64,000 nt of DNA from Cycas panzhihuaensis (taxonomy: Eukaryota; Plantae; Cycadophyta), in assembly GCA_023213395.1 (NCBI GenBank), contig CM041465.1:183465741-183529740 (forward strand), read 5' to 3'. Numbering within the stretch: the first letter of the stretch is position 1; each line of letters starts with the position of its first letter. The notes beneath the pieces were generated by a model. The model worked only from the letters and a program-made list of their open reading frames with translations. It had not been told where the DNA came from and did no database searches. Of this stretch, positions 1 through 11,805 are shown one piece after another. Position numbers and translations under genes: made by a program.

Positions 1-3000
1 AGTAGAGGTAACAACAAAGTCAGCAGCAAAACAGTAATCAAAAGACTGTTAATTAGAGACAATCAAACAATAATGCTCCCACGTGTCAAAAGTGTAACAA
101 GAAAGGACACCTTGCAAAAGATTGCCACATTGACTACAACAGATTGCCTCGTCATCAATAACAACAACATCAAGCCCACAATGTTGATGAGAGTCATGAT
201 GACTTATTTATAGGAGCAAATCTCATTGAGGCACGTATTCAACAAAACAAGGAAGCATCCACTTCATCTGTTGCTTCTAGACCTAAGAGGTACATCGAGG
301 CACACTATGGCACAGCCATTTGTCAGCTTGATTCGCCACTATCTCGACCTGTTGGACAGGCAAATACTACATCAACATCATCATCAAATTGGGTTATGGA
401 CACAGGAGCTACCCAGCACATGACTTGTGACCAGGACTTCTTCCAGGATTTTGATTCAGAGGTCACCGGAATAGTACACATGATCGATAAGCTGACACAA
501 CCTATTCAAGGCATGGGCTCCATACGCCTGAAGCTCCCAGGCCTGCCTAATTTTACTTTAAAAAATGTCTTGTATATTCCCCATCTCAAACAAAACCTTC
601 TATCACTATCCACACTTGTCTCCCGTGGATTCGACTTGAGTGTCACAGCTAATGATCAAGTTCCTAGTGTTATTCACCCGCCTTCATGTTCTGTGGTGAT
701 GACTGGGAAACTTGAAGGTAAGCTATTTAGACTAACTGGAACCACGTTGTCTTCTTCCGCATACCAAGTTGTTGCCCCCATCTGTGTCGAAGAAGAACTT
801 GCATATAATGTCACCTTGACCCATTCCAAGCTGTCCCCAGAAGCTCTCTGGCATGCTCGCAAGGGGCATGTCAAACTTAATTGACTTAAGGAAATCTCCC
901 ATTCCACTCCAGGTCTGCCCAGATTTTCCTCCAAGTTGTTCAAATGTGAAGCTTGCATTATTGCCAAGTCCCGCCGATAGCCATTTCCCTAGAGTCAATG
1001 GAAAGCTAGTCAGCCTCTTGAATTAGTACACTCAGACATCTGTGGGCCTATGCCTATCCCTTCTCTCACAAGGAAGAGGTACTACATTACATTTATTGAT
1101 GACTTCACTCGAAAGGTATGGGTGACCTTTCTCAAATCAAAAGATGGAGCATTCACAGTATTCAAGGCATTCAAGACTCTCAGAGAGAAGGAATCTGGAT
1201 ATCAGTTGAAGTGTCTCAAGACTGACAATGGTGGCGAATACACTTCAAATGAATTTGAAGACTTCTTGCGTCACCAGGGGATCAAGCATCAAACAACTAT
1301 TGCAAGTACCCCTCAGCAGAATGGCATTGCTAAAAGGGCTAACAAAACCATAATGAATATGGCACGGGCTATGCTCGTCTTCAAGAATGTACCTGCATAT
1401 CTTTGGGCCGAAGCTATTTATACTGCAGTCTACTACATAAACAATATAAGTCCATTGAAGCTCGGCCCGTCTCCAAATGAATGATGGACTGGGCGAACCC
1501 CCACCGTCCATCACTTCAAAATTTTTGGCTCTACTTCTTATGCTCACATTCTTGATAAGCACAGAAATAAGTTCCAACCGCGAGCTTTAAAGGGCATCTT
1601 TGTTGGGTACCCCATGAACAAAAAAGGGTACAAGGTCTTCATTCCAACATTAAAGAAGATCATTATCACTAGGGATGTGGTGTTTGCGAAGATAGAGGAT
1701 CAACTACTTCAACTTGATTCTAAAGCACCATCTCATAGACACAACGATGACCAGGAATATGATGTACAAATTCCAACATTTGGGGGGAAGACACTGAAGA
1801 AATACTTAAAATTTTGGAATTTGACAACAGAGCCCCGGAGGACACTATCCTTGACTCAGATCCTGTGCCAATGTGCGCCAATCCAGCGCCATCTTGGGAG
1901 AATAGCCAAGAATCACCACATCAAGCATCAAAAGGAAAAGGAGTTGCGGAAGAACCACCTTCAATTGCAGGGTCGTCTTCTCCAGCAATGTCATCGACCT
2001 CCGGACCATACATCTCCCATGGTCCTTTTCAGCATCAAAATGAAGACCAGGATGTTGTGGAAATGAGAACGTCATTCCCAACCAAAGGTTTTCGAGAAGC
2101 CTACCAGTTGCACAAAGACTTGAGATTTGATGAGGTAGGCAAAACTGGCACTCGAAGCGGTGCCTACAGAGCAAGGGAGCAAACATCACTTCCCATAGAG
2201 CTTGAACAACTGAACTGCACCTTGCTTCAAATGACGAGCCTCTATCATACCAAGAAGCTGTGAAACACACTGTTTGGAGAAATGTCATGAATGAGGAATA
2301 CCAATCCTTGATCAAGAACAATACATGGGAGCTCGTTGATCTACCTTTGGGAAGGAAGGTAGTCAAAAACAAATGGGTATTCAAAAATAAATACAAATCA
2401 GACAACACCCTTGAAAAACACAAAGCGAAGTTGGTCGCAAAAGGATTCACCCAAAGGGAAGGCATTGACTACACAGAGGTCTTCGCACCAACTACCAAAT
2501 GGCCCACAATAAGAGCACTTGTGGCCTTGGCTGCTCAACAGGGTTGGAAAATCCACCAACTCAATGTGAAAATTGCTTTTCTCAACGGAGATTTGGAAGA
2601 AGAAATCTACATGACACAGCCTGAAGGCTTTGAGATAGCAGGACGGGAGCAGAAAGTGTGTAGACTGAAAAAGTCGCTATATGGCCTAAAACAAGCCCCT
2701 CGCGCTTGATTCACCAAGTTGTCCAACAAAATGAGGCAACTTGGTTATGAGGTATGTGACTATCAAGACATTGATGCAACTTTGTTCATTAAGAGAGAAA
2801 AAGGCAAAGTCACATATCTCCTGATCTTTGTGGACGACATGCTAATAACTGGAAGCGAGTGGCGAGGATATCGAGAAATTAAAGATGGACTTGTCAAAAT
2901 CCTTCGAACTGTCTAACCTCAGACTAATGAGATATTACTTGGGAATTGAGGTAACTTAATGCAATGGAAAAATCTCTCTCCCAAGAAAAATATACCAACG

Positions 3001-3779
3001 ATCTTCTAATCAAGTTCCGATTGGAAGATGCCAGAATAGTGTCTACTCCAATGGAGCCCAATGTCAAACTTTTTGATCAAGACACTCGAGAGGTAGACGC
3101 AACACTCTATTGGCAACTTGTAGGTAGCCTCATTTATGTTACTAACACAAGGCTAGATATCGCCCATGCCGTTGGCATTCTTGCCTGTCACATGACAACT
3201 CTGAAGCAGAACCATTAGCAAGTAGCAATACGAGTGTTGAAGTACCTGAAGACAACCAACAAACTTGGTTTGTTGTATGAGCACAACAATGATTTCAGAC
3301 TTACAGCATACACAGACTCGGATTTTGCCAGGAACAAAAATACAGGAAGATCGACGTTCGGGTACATCACATTTCTTGGAATAGCTCCAATTTCATGGCA
3401 GTCAAGGCGGCAGAAAATCACTACAGATTCTATTGCTGAAACTGAATACATAGCTGCTTTTGAGACTAGCAAGGAGGTGATACGGCTTCGCAAATTATTA
3501 TTACATACTTTGGATATCACCCAGACAGGTCCAACGAGCTTACATATGTACAATCAGTCAACAATCCACATGGCCAAGAATCCTATTTTTCATGATCGTA
3601 CAAAGCACATTAATACAAAAGTCCACAGGATCCGGGAACTGGTCCATGATGACACAATACAATTGGAACACTGCCCTACAGCAGATCAAGTGAATGATAT
3701 CTTCACCAAACCACTACAAAGGGTGAAGTTTGAACAGTTCCGACAGCAACTCGGCCTTAGGGCCTCCATCTCCAACTGA
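1..3779 (+). pseudogene. gag-pol of Copia A, interrupted by stops and frameshifts
   Basis: ORFs 396-884, 1050-1484, 2260-2709 and 3234-3779 are consecutive PR/INT/RT/RH fragments. Confidence 0.95.
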
Positions 3780-4239
3780 TTGAAGGAGATGGCACACAAG
3801 ACCAGCATACTCTATCCCATTCGTGAAAACCCCTTGTGGGCGCAGAAGGATTAGAGTATGTCTCTACTCTCTCCCATTCGTGAAAACCCCTCATGGACGC
3901 GAAAGGAGTTGGGTTATACTTGTTTCGAAAATCAAAACCTATAAAAACCCGAAAGGGCATGAGGGATGACAAAACGCTATATGGAGACTCAGCAGATTGA
4001 AGCTGCACAACCAACTTGTACTGCTTGGCTATCTGGCTACACTCAAAGAGCTGCCTGAGCCACTTCATAGAATAGGAAGTCAAGTCCATGGGTTTTTATT
4101 TCCCTGAGGGTTTTCCCACAAAAGTGTCTTCTAGGTTGTAGAATTTTTTTTTCCCCAATGTAATGATGAGGCTAAAATGAAGACCTCATAGATTAGAATA
4201 GGATAAAGGAAAATGACCTTTTGCCATTAAGGGGGGGAT

Positions 4240-4604
4240 TGTGACGATGTTAATGTCACATGGTCATTTCATAAAGTTAGAATTAGATAAAGTCACTTTT
4301 ATGTTTATAACTTTAGGATAAGGTGACTATGCTTAAGTCACTTAAGTGAAATGACATAAAGTTCATTTCATTGTAATTTTATGTAATCTCATCTAAATGT
4401 CATTGGGAGGGAAAACTCAAATTCCAAACCCTAATGAGCATTCTCATTATATAAGCTGAAATTACATGGAGAGTGATCATATTCTACACTTCTCCTCTTT
4501 GAGCTCAAATTATTAGCATTTCTCTTGTTCAGTACATTGTGCTTGTCTCCACTATTTGCCATTGTGTAGTGTTAGTGCACTAGATCCCTAGATCCATTCC
4601 CTCA
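4240..4604 (+). repeat. 3' LTR of Copia A
   Basis: Follows PPT TAAGGGGGGGA, starts TGTGAC, and ends CCTCA immediately before integrase-coding sequence *TGHKPNVSNLKIFG. Confidence 0.8.
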
Positions 4605-6909
4605 ATAGACAGGTCATAAACCTAATGTAAGTAATCTAAAAATCTTTGGCTATCAAGCCTTTGTTTATATTCCTGACAAAAAAATATCCAAACTTGATTG
4701 TAAAAGTATAGAATGTATAATGATAGGCTACAGTGAAAATTCAAAAGCATAAAGGTGCAGAGACCCAAAGACAAACAAGGTTTATGTAAGTAGAGATGTT
4801 ATTTTTAATGAACAAGACATTGTTGCAAGTCCAACAACTTGTCAAGAAATTGAAGTATATACAAGGAAAACTCTTGCAGAAATCCCTCCACCTGAAGACA
4901 TATCAAGTATCACCTCTGAAGATATAGCAACAGAGGAAGAAGAGCAATCCAAAAAAGGTCCCTTGCTCCCTAAAGAAACAAGTGGCGAAAAAGATGAGAA
5001 AAGCAATGCTCCCTCGAGGAAGATACCAAAATGGTATCTAAAAACAGTTGAAGAAAGTAAAGGAGATATATTTGATCACAGGACCAGGTCCCAGAAACAT
5101 CAAGCCTTTCTATGCTCTGTTGAACCACAGTTATATCAAGAGGCAAGCCAACATGTTAAGTGGAAATCAGCAATTGACACAGAAATGGAGTCAATCTGCA
5201 AAAACAAAACTTGGGAACTAATCGAACAACCTACAGGTAAATCAATTGTTAATTGTAAGTGGGTGTATAAAATAAAAGAGAATTCTGATCGGAAGATAGA
5301 AAAGTCCAAGGCTAGATTAGTAGCTAAAGGCTACACTCAGACAGCCAGGATAGATTATCATGAAACATTTTCTCAAGTAGCAAAACTAACGACTACGAAG
5401 ATGGTAGTCGCCTTAACTACATAGACCTATCAGCTAGATGTAAAGAGTGCCTTCCTAAATGGAGACCTTAAAGAAGAGGTTTACATGCACCAACCAAAGT
5501 GATACATTCAAAATGGTCAAGAACGCCTTGTATGCAGCCTAAAAAATGCACTATATAGGCTAAAACAAGCTCCAGGGGCATGGTATACTAAGCTAGACAA
5601 GTTTTTCATTCAAAATGGCTTCCAAAGATGTGAATCAGATCTTATCTTATATGTAAAAGAAAACAAAGGATTGATTACAATAATTGTTCTATATGTAGAT
5701 GACATGCTCCTCATATGTAGTGACTTAAAGTCTATCTCAATTATAAAATCTCAACTGGAAAAAGGTTTTGAAATGACTGATGTAGGGCTTCTAAATTATT
5801 ATCTTGGTATAGAAATAAAATAGGAGAAAGATTCAATCACCCTATCACAAAACAAATATACCAAGGATCTACTAAAGAAATTCAAAATGGAAGACTACAA
5901 CAGTTATGCAACTCCCATGGAAATAGGGTGCAATCTAACTTCTGCCGCAGAAGAAACTTCAATTGATGCAACATTGTATAGGACATTGGTTGGTAGCTTG
6001 ATCTACCTTACTACTACCAGACCAGATATTTCATATTCTATTGGAGTGATTTCTAAATACATGCAGGATCCAAAGCTATCGTATTAGAAAGCAACTAAAA
6101 TAATACTCAGGTATTTGAAATGGACTTCAAATTTGAAACTCACTTATCAAAGGAAAGAGCTAAGAAATTTGGTTGGATATAATGATTCTAACTTGATAGG
6201 AGATAAAGAAAAAAGAAAATCAACAAGTGGATACTATTTCCTCCTCAAATCGGCAACTATCTCTTGAAGCAGCAAACAACAACCAACTATTGCTCTGTCA
6301 TCTACAAAGCAGAATACAAGTCAGCTGTCAACGCATCTTGTGAAGCAATCTGGCTAAGACAATTATTGATAGATTTGAACCAACAACAAAACAGGCCAAC
6401 AACACTCTTCTGTGACAATCAAAGCACGACCAAGATGACCAAGAACCCAGTCTTCCATGCTCGAACCAAACATATTGAAGTGCATCACCACTTTATTTGA
6501 GAAAAGGTGCAGAATAAGGAAATAGATATGCTACATTGTACAAAATAAACAACCTGCAAATATCTTGACTAAACCTCTAAGCAAAGACAAGTTTCAATTC
6601 TTTAGAGATAGACTTGGGTTGAGATAGATAAAACATTAAGAGAGGGTATTAGAAATAATGTTTTTTCTAGGACATTAAGTTAGAGGTTAGTGAGAGTTAT
6701 GTGTCATTCCCTCTTTCATGTAATAATGACAAGTGGCTTGCATGTAGTAAGCAGTTACGAAACACTTCATGTATTTATAAAGGCATACTCTCTCACATAA
6801 TCAAGATCATTTTTCTTCTCTGAAATCTATTTTTCTTATAGGGCATGGGTGCTCTCACTAGGGATTTATGCTTTCTTCGCTTGGGTATGCTAATGTTGCT
6901 AGTTGTCCA
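4605..6909 (+). mobile_element. Ty1/Copia B, 3' part (INT C-terminus, RT, RNase H, PPT, 3' LTR from 6647)
   Basis: ORFs 4963-5424 (KARLVAKGY), 5887-6087 and 6264-6500 (FHARTKHIEVHHHFI). PPT TTAAGAGAGGG at 6636-6646, then a degenerate LTR start TATTAGAAATAATG. Confidence 0.9.
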
Positions 6910-7019
6910 TGCTAGAAGTAATGTTTAATGAAAGGTTAATGTTAAGGTGTCCCCCTAACTCTCTCATGTAATATTATATTCTGTTATTAAAGTGTGTGCA
7001 CATGCACACGTGTCCATGT

Positions 7020-7402
7020 TGTTAAGATTTTAACATGGAGAGCATTCACCAAACACAAGAACAATATCAATGAACAGATATGAATACAATATAATCATAA
7101 TGCATTAACATATCCAAACACCAAAGATTCAATATGAGCCTTGATGATGTGATGTCTCTATACACTACCTCAACCACCTTTATATACAAAAGAGGTGGGA
7201 GACTATACAACTCAAGTAATACATGTGGGACAAATACCTTTGTCCTGACCAATGATATTACACCACTAACTTGACCAATAAGTTTCTATCTTCTCACACA
7301 ATATTATAATGACCCTTTGACTCTAAGACTTAGGACAATGACTAATAATCCTAGGACCCACTTTTACTGAACCACACACACATTAAACATTATACTCTAA
7401 CA
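7020..7402 (-). repeat. 3' LTR of the non-autonomous element
   Basis: Direct repeat of 9320-9702 with TG...CA ends, adjacent to the PPT. Confidence 0.95.
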
Positions 7403-9319
7403 CCTCCCCTTAATGTTTAATGTTTGAACTAAGGACAATATAACTGACATACATTAACACTTGACTTGAATTTGAGACTATAGACACTAAAGACAACATG
7501 ACACTTTGACACCAGTAATCAGCGGTTGAGTTGATGCTTTCTAGGGCTAGGAATCAGTTGGCCCTAGCTTTTCAACCTTAGTCACAACTCCAGGTTATGT
7601 CGTGGCAAGATCAGCAGTACAGTCCAATGTCACAGTTGTTTTTTTTTTTTTTTTTTTTTCATACCAGCGAAGTGACAGATGCCTAACACTGAGCACTTTT
7701 CAAGCCAAATTCAGCATTGTTTGGCATTAAAAAGAACATTCAGGGGCAAGACTAGACTTCTAAGAAGCTTCAAGACTTTTAACTGAGGTGGGGTAAACCT
7801 ATTGCAAGTTCATATCAAGGATAGTTCTTGTGAGAAGAAGGAGTTGACAAGTGCCACTTCAGTACTGCAGGGTCACAAGGATTGCATCACAGTTCAGATC
7901 TGAATCCAGTACAGTTCAGTCAAGGCTTCAAACAGAAAATTGCATTAAGGCACAGGCAGCATCGTGAAAGGGACAAAAGTGGATGCTCAGTACAATTTTT
8001 AAGGATCACTGCTCGTGGTCAAAAGCGTTACGTGTATGCCCTGTGTCTTCAAACCGCTCTCCAACTGTACAAAATACTGCAGATATCATCACCTGTTGTC
8101 CTTTCCATCATATCAGTTAAGGGTCTGCATGTCCAAGAATCTGATCCTTTCTAAGCAGAGTCTGCACTTCCCCCTTCTCAGCATATGACTCACTTACATC
8201 TGCTGTCTCAAATAAATTGTCTCAATTATTACTAAAGATCTTGAAGATTGCAATTCCTCTGTTACAGGGTGCCCTCCTCTTTCAATAAGCGTATGCATGC
8301 TTTGTATTCGCGGATCTTGAGTTGAAGCCGAAGTCATTACTGTTGTTATTCTCTTGCTCATGCAGTAGGTACTGGCAACTTGTCATCGGAGCTAGAAGAC
8401 CTAGCTTTCTAGTTCTTATTCCCAAACCTTTGTTGATACCTGGCACTCAGTTTGGTCACAGTGTCCTGAGTAACATTGACTACGTCCAGAGTGGATAATG
8501 ATCCTTCTGTCTTCAAGCCTTTTCCAGCTCAGCCAGGACAGGTCTATTTAGATACAGGCATAACTAAATTGTCAATATTGAAAGCGAATATCTGGAGTTG
8601 CTGACCAACCGTGAAGATGATGTACTCCTGCAAGGACTACGACCGTCCCCATAGCTTGCTTCAGTTTCTAGCACGAATGGGAGTGCCAGGGGATACACAG
8701 CCTAGCAGTAGTTTGGAGGTAGCCGTGTTCGTCAGATGAACAGACAGTAAAAGGAGGACCACAGCTAAGAAGCCCACAAAGGTCCTCAAGATGGTAATAG
8801 GAGCAGGAGAGTATATAGCGCTAATGGAGGGACAGCCTAGGGCATCACCACAGATACTCAGATGCATGAAGACCAGGGTTTTGGCAATGGCAACTAGCCA
8901 ACATACACCATGGATAATTTAGCTCTACATGTTGGATCCACCAAACAGATTGCTTGAACCTCGAATCAATGTGGGCAACTAATAAATACTGGCAACCGGC
9001 CATGATATGATTTGCACACAACAGCCATAGCACAGTTTCAATGAACAGTCTCCAAACATCAATCACTTTGCTTTAATTTCCACCACTTAGTTTCTTCACC
9101 TTATGACAGTTATCATATATTACTTCCATCTTCTTCAAAGGACAAACCCTAGTACATGATTTCTTTACACAACAAGTTTAAAAGAGTAGAGTTACCTGGC
9201 ATAACACCTTGCAATATTGATGACTTCACCTTCCCAATTTGAAAAGCTACCTTCCTCCTTAACTAAAGTTTTGTGACCAGCACCTCAATGTCCTCACCAC
9301 GCAACCTGCTCTGATACCA

Positions 9320-9702
9320 TGTTAAGATTTTAACATGGAGAGCATTCACCTAACACAAGAACAATATTAATGAACAAAGATTAACACAATATAATCAGAA
9401 TGCATTAACATATCCAAACACCAAAGACTCAATTTGAGCCTTGATGATGTGATGTCTCTATACACTACCTCAGCCACCTTTATATACAAAAGAGGTGGGA
9501 GACTATACAACTCAAGTAATACATGTGGGACAAATACCTTTGTCCTGGCCAATGATATTACACCACTAACTTGACCAATAAGTTTTTATCTTCTCACACA
9601 ATATTATAATGACCCTTTGACTCTAAGACTTAGGACAATGACTAATAATCCTAGGACCCACTTTTACTTAACCACACACACATTAAACATTATATTCTAA
9701 CA
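9320..9702 (-). repeat. 5' LTR of the non-autonomous element
   Basis: Direct repeat of 7020-7402, adjacent to the PBS. Confidence 0.95.
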
Positions 9703-11805
9703 CATGTATCATCTTAGTGGTGGACATAATGGTTCTCTCATGTGATTAGTCAACCATGAGGTGACTATGTACTATAAGTATGTATTCATACATAATGCAA
9801 TATTGAAGATGGTCATTTTCCACAAACTTTATTGTCTTATGTATTTGTACATACTTCATTATTTGATTATTTTATGTCTTTAATCACCTCATGTTGTTGC
9901 ATGTTATGTTATAATACATATCTTTCTCTAACATGGTATCAGAGCATGTTACGGTTGATCTTGCAGAATAGATTTGAGTGTGTTAAGGCAAGGACTCTGA
10001 AGTAGTTCAATAAAGGTTATGCTATAAAGAGTCGTAGCAGTATTGAGAGAAAAAACTGTGGGCTTGGTGATGTGCTTTCAATAAGAAGAGATCGCAATCC
10101 TTCATCTAATTGTATCAAAAGACATCTTATAAAAAAAAGTGACCAGGCATAGGTCTACACTCTCTATCTTGATCGTTATCACCATTCTAATCTTATCATT
10201 CTTGGCTCTGTTGGTTGACCTGGCTAGCGATTTCGTGAAGACGATGCCTACAATCACACTGTTGCAGTAAAAAGAGATAACTGAGGGTCAACCTGTGCTT
10301 CACCAAGTGTAGTTGTAATGCTTTCTGGTTATTACGTGAGTTCAAGTCACATTATTTCAACCACCACTGGCGACAGGAATGGGCAGCCCATGCAAACCAT
10401 TAGTTATATGGCAGAGCGTATGGTAGGAACTACGTCATTTCGAATTGTATCAATGCAGACATCAAACATTTAAAGACTATGAAGAAAATAAGTCGATGGC
10501 CTATATGTTCCATGTTTCACCTATTACACTATCCATGTAAAGTGGAGTATGATCAGGAGAGTGACATCTATGAGAGTATCTATCTACGTCATTAGAGAAT
10601 ATGTAATAACTATCACCAGTGAGGTAGTCAATGATATGCGTCTAGTCCTGCGTCTGACATTCAATTGTCCCACCTTGAAGGAGATTGTTATGTGCCCATT
10701 TGTCTCTTTTTCATTCATGGACCATGTGATGCCTCTATTCATATCAATCTATCATCACAAGCCATGTGAATTTCTGCCAATACCATCACTACATGCATGA
10801 TATTACATTGAAGAGCCACCCGATTTGTGCCCTCATCAAGTTCCCTCATCTATTTGTAAATCGCGTGCAGGTTGACTTAGAACATAGGGTTATTATTTTT
10901 TGCAAAGTTTTTTTTGAGATTTAATTAAATTGAATAAATGTTTCAAGTTTACCCAAGCCCTCTTGAAGAAACTAGGCAATCATATGTTGATATATATATG
11001 TAGCCACTTAAGCCCCCTTTTTATTTGCAAGAAAAATACATTTCTTGATGTCAAATGTTATAAGTTTATAATTGCAAGCACCTTAAGTCACTATGACGTA
11101 AAAGTAATTAATAATTTTTCAAGTGCAATATTCAAATCAAGACCTACATATATGAATATGATAAGAATTGGTTAGTATCTCATCATAAAAGCAAAAAAAA
11201 TGATAACACTAAGTTAACAATGAGGCCAAAGGCATGAAACAACGGAGCCTATAGTTAAGAATAACCTTGAAGAAATTATAGTGTTAACGTTAAAAACTTC
11301 TGAGAGGAGGAGGGCCTAAGTGTTAACAAGTTATAATGTAGGTGGGAGGTTAAATATTAATACCCTAAATGTTTAAGAAAAAAATTTGATGAGAGTTATA
11401 AATGTGACTCCCTAAGTTTTAAAAAGATTTTAATATCCTTAAAAGAATTTAATTAATGTTAAAAAGGTTGGGGAGGGTATTTAACGTATGAAATGTTATT
11501 AATAAAAATGAAATATTCATATTTGGGTGGGGCAAAGGACCCAAAATTGTAATTTGATTGGGTTATATCCAACGTGATCATCGATCAAGGATGATGATCG
11601 AACAATGGAGGAGAATTAAGATTTAACAAATATAAACCTAAAATTTTTTAGGTTAGCTCATTTGTTTTGTGCAATTCTACGACGAGGAAGATGGAGATAG
11701 ATGGAGCAAATCCATCTATTATCGATATTGAGCAAGTCTACAGTGAGGGAGGGAGTTACACTGAGTGATATGGAAGGGAGTTCTAGGTGATGACAGCTAG
11801 CAAAA

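Larger units (their letters stand above)
1..4604 (+). mobile_element. Ty1/Copia LTR retrotransposon A (5' end outside window), nested in the integrase of Copia B
   Basis: Gag CCHC knuckle CQKCNKKGHLAKDC at 84-125, protease WVMDTGAT, integrase (FIDDFTR, TDNGGEY, PQQNGIA), RT (KAKLVAKGF, FVDDML) and RNase H (YTDSDFA, HDRTKHI) in Copia order. PPT at 4228-4238; 3' LTR TG..CA at 4240-4604. Host integrase sequence resumes at 4605. Confidence 0.95.
7020..9702 (-). mobile_element. Complete non-autonomous LTR retrotransposon (large TRIM/LARD-like), 2683 bp
   Basis: Two 383-bp LTRs (7020-7402, 9320-9702), about 14 mismatches by eye. TSD CATGT at 7015-7019 and 9703-9707. Reverse-complement PBS GCTCTGATACCA at 9308-9319; reverse-complement PPT CCTCCCCTTAA at 7403-7413. 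No gag/pol motifs inside. Confidence 0.93.
6910..10870 (+). mobile_element. LTR element C: 5' LTR (6910-7019 + 9708-9933), PBS and non-coding internal region; 3' end not found
   Basis: LTR-like start TGCTAGAAGTAATGTTTAATG and end CTCTAACA, followed by PBS TGGTATCAGAGC (9934-9945, tRNA-iMet). No gag/pol recognised after it. The right boundary is approximate. Confidence 0.65.

Noticed and set aside
9934-9945. tRNA gene
   Set aside because: Only the 12-nt primer-binding site complementary to tRNA-iMet; no cloverleaf.
10675-10700. PPT-like TTGAAGGAGAT followed by TGTTA as the 3' LTR of element C
   Set aside because: The following sequence does not match C's 5' LTR, and no GTCCA TSD was found.
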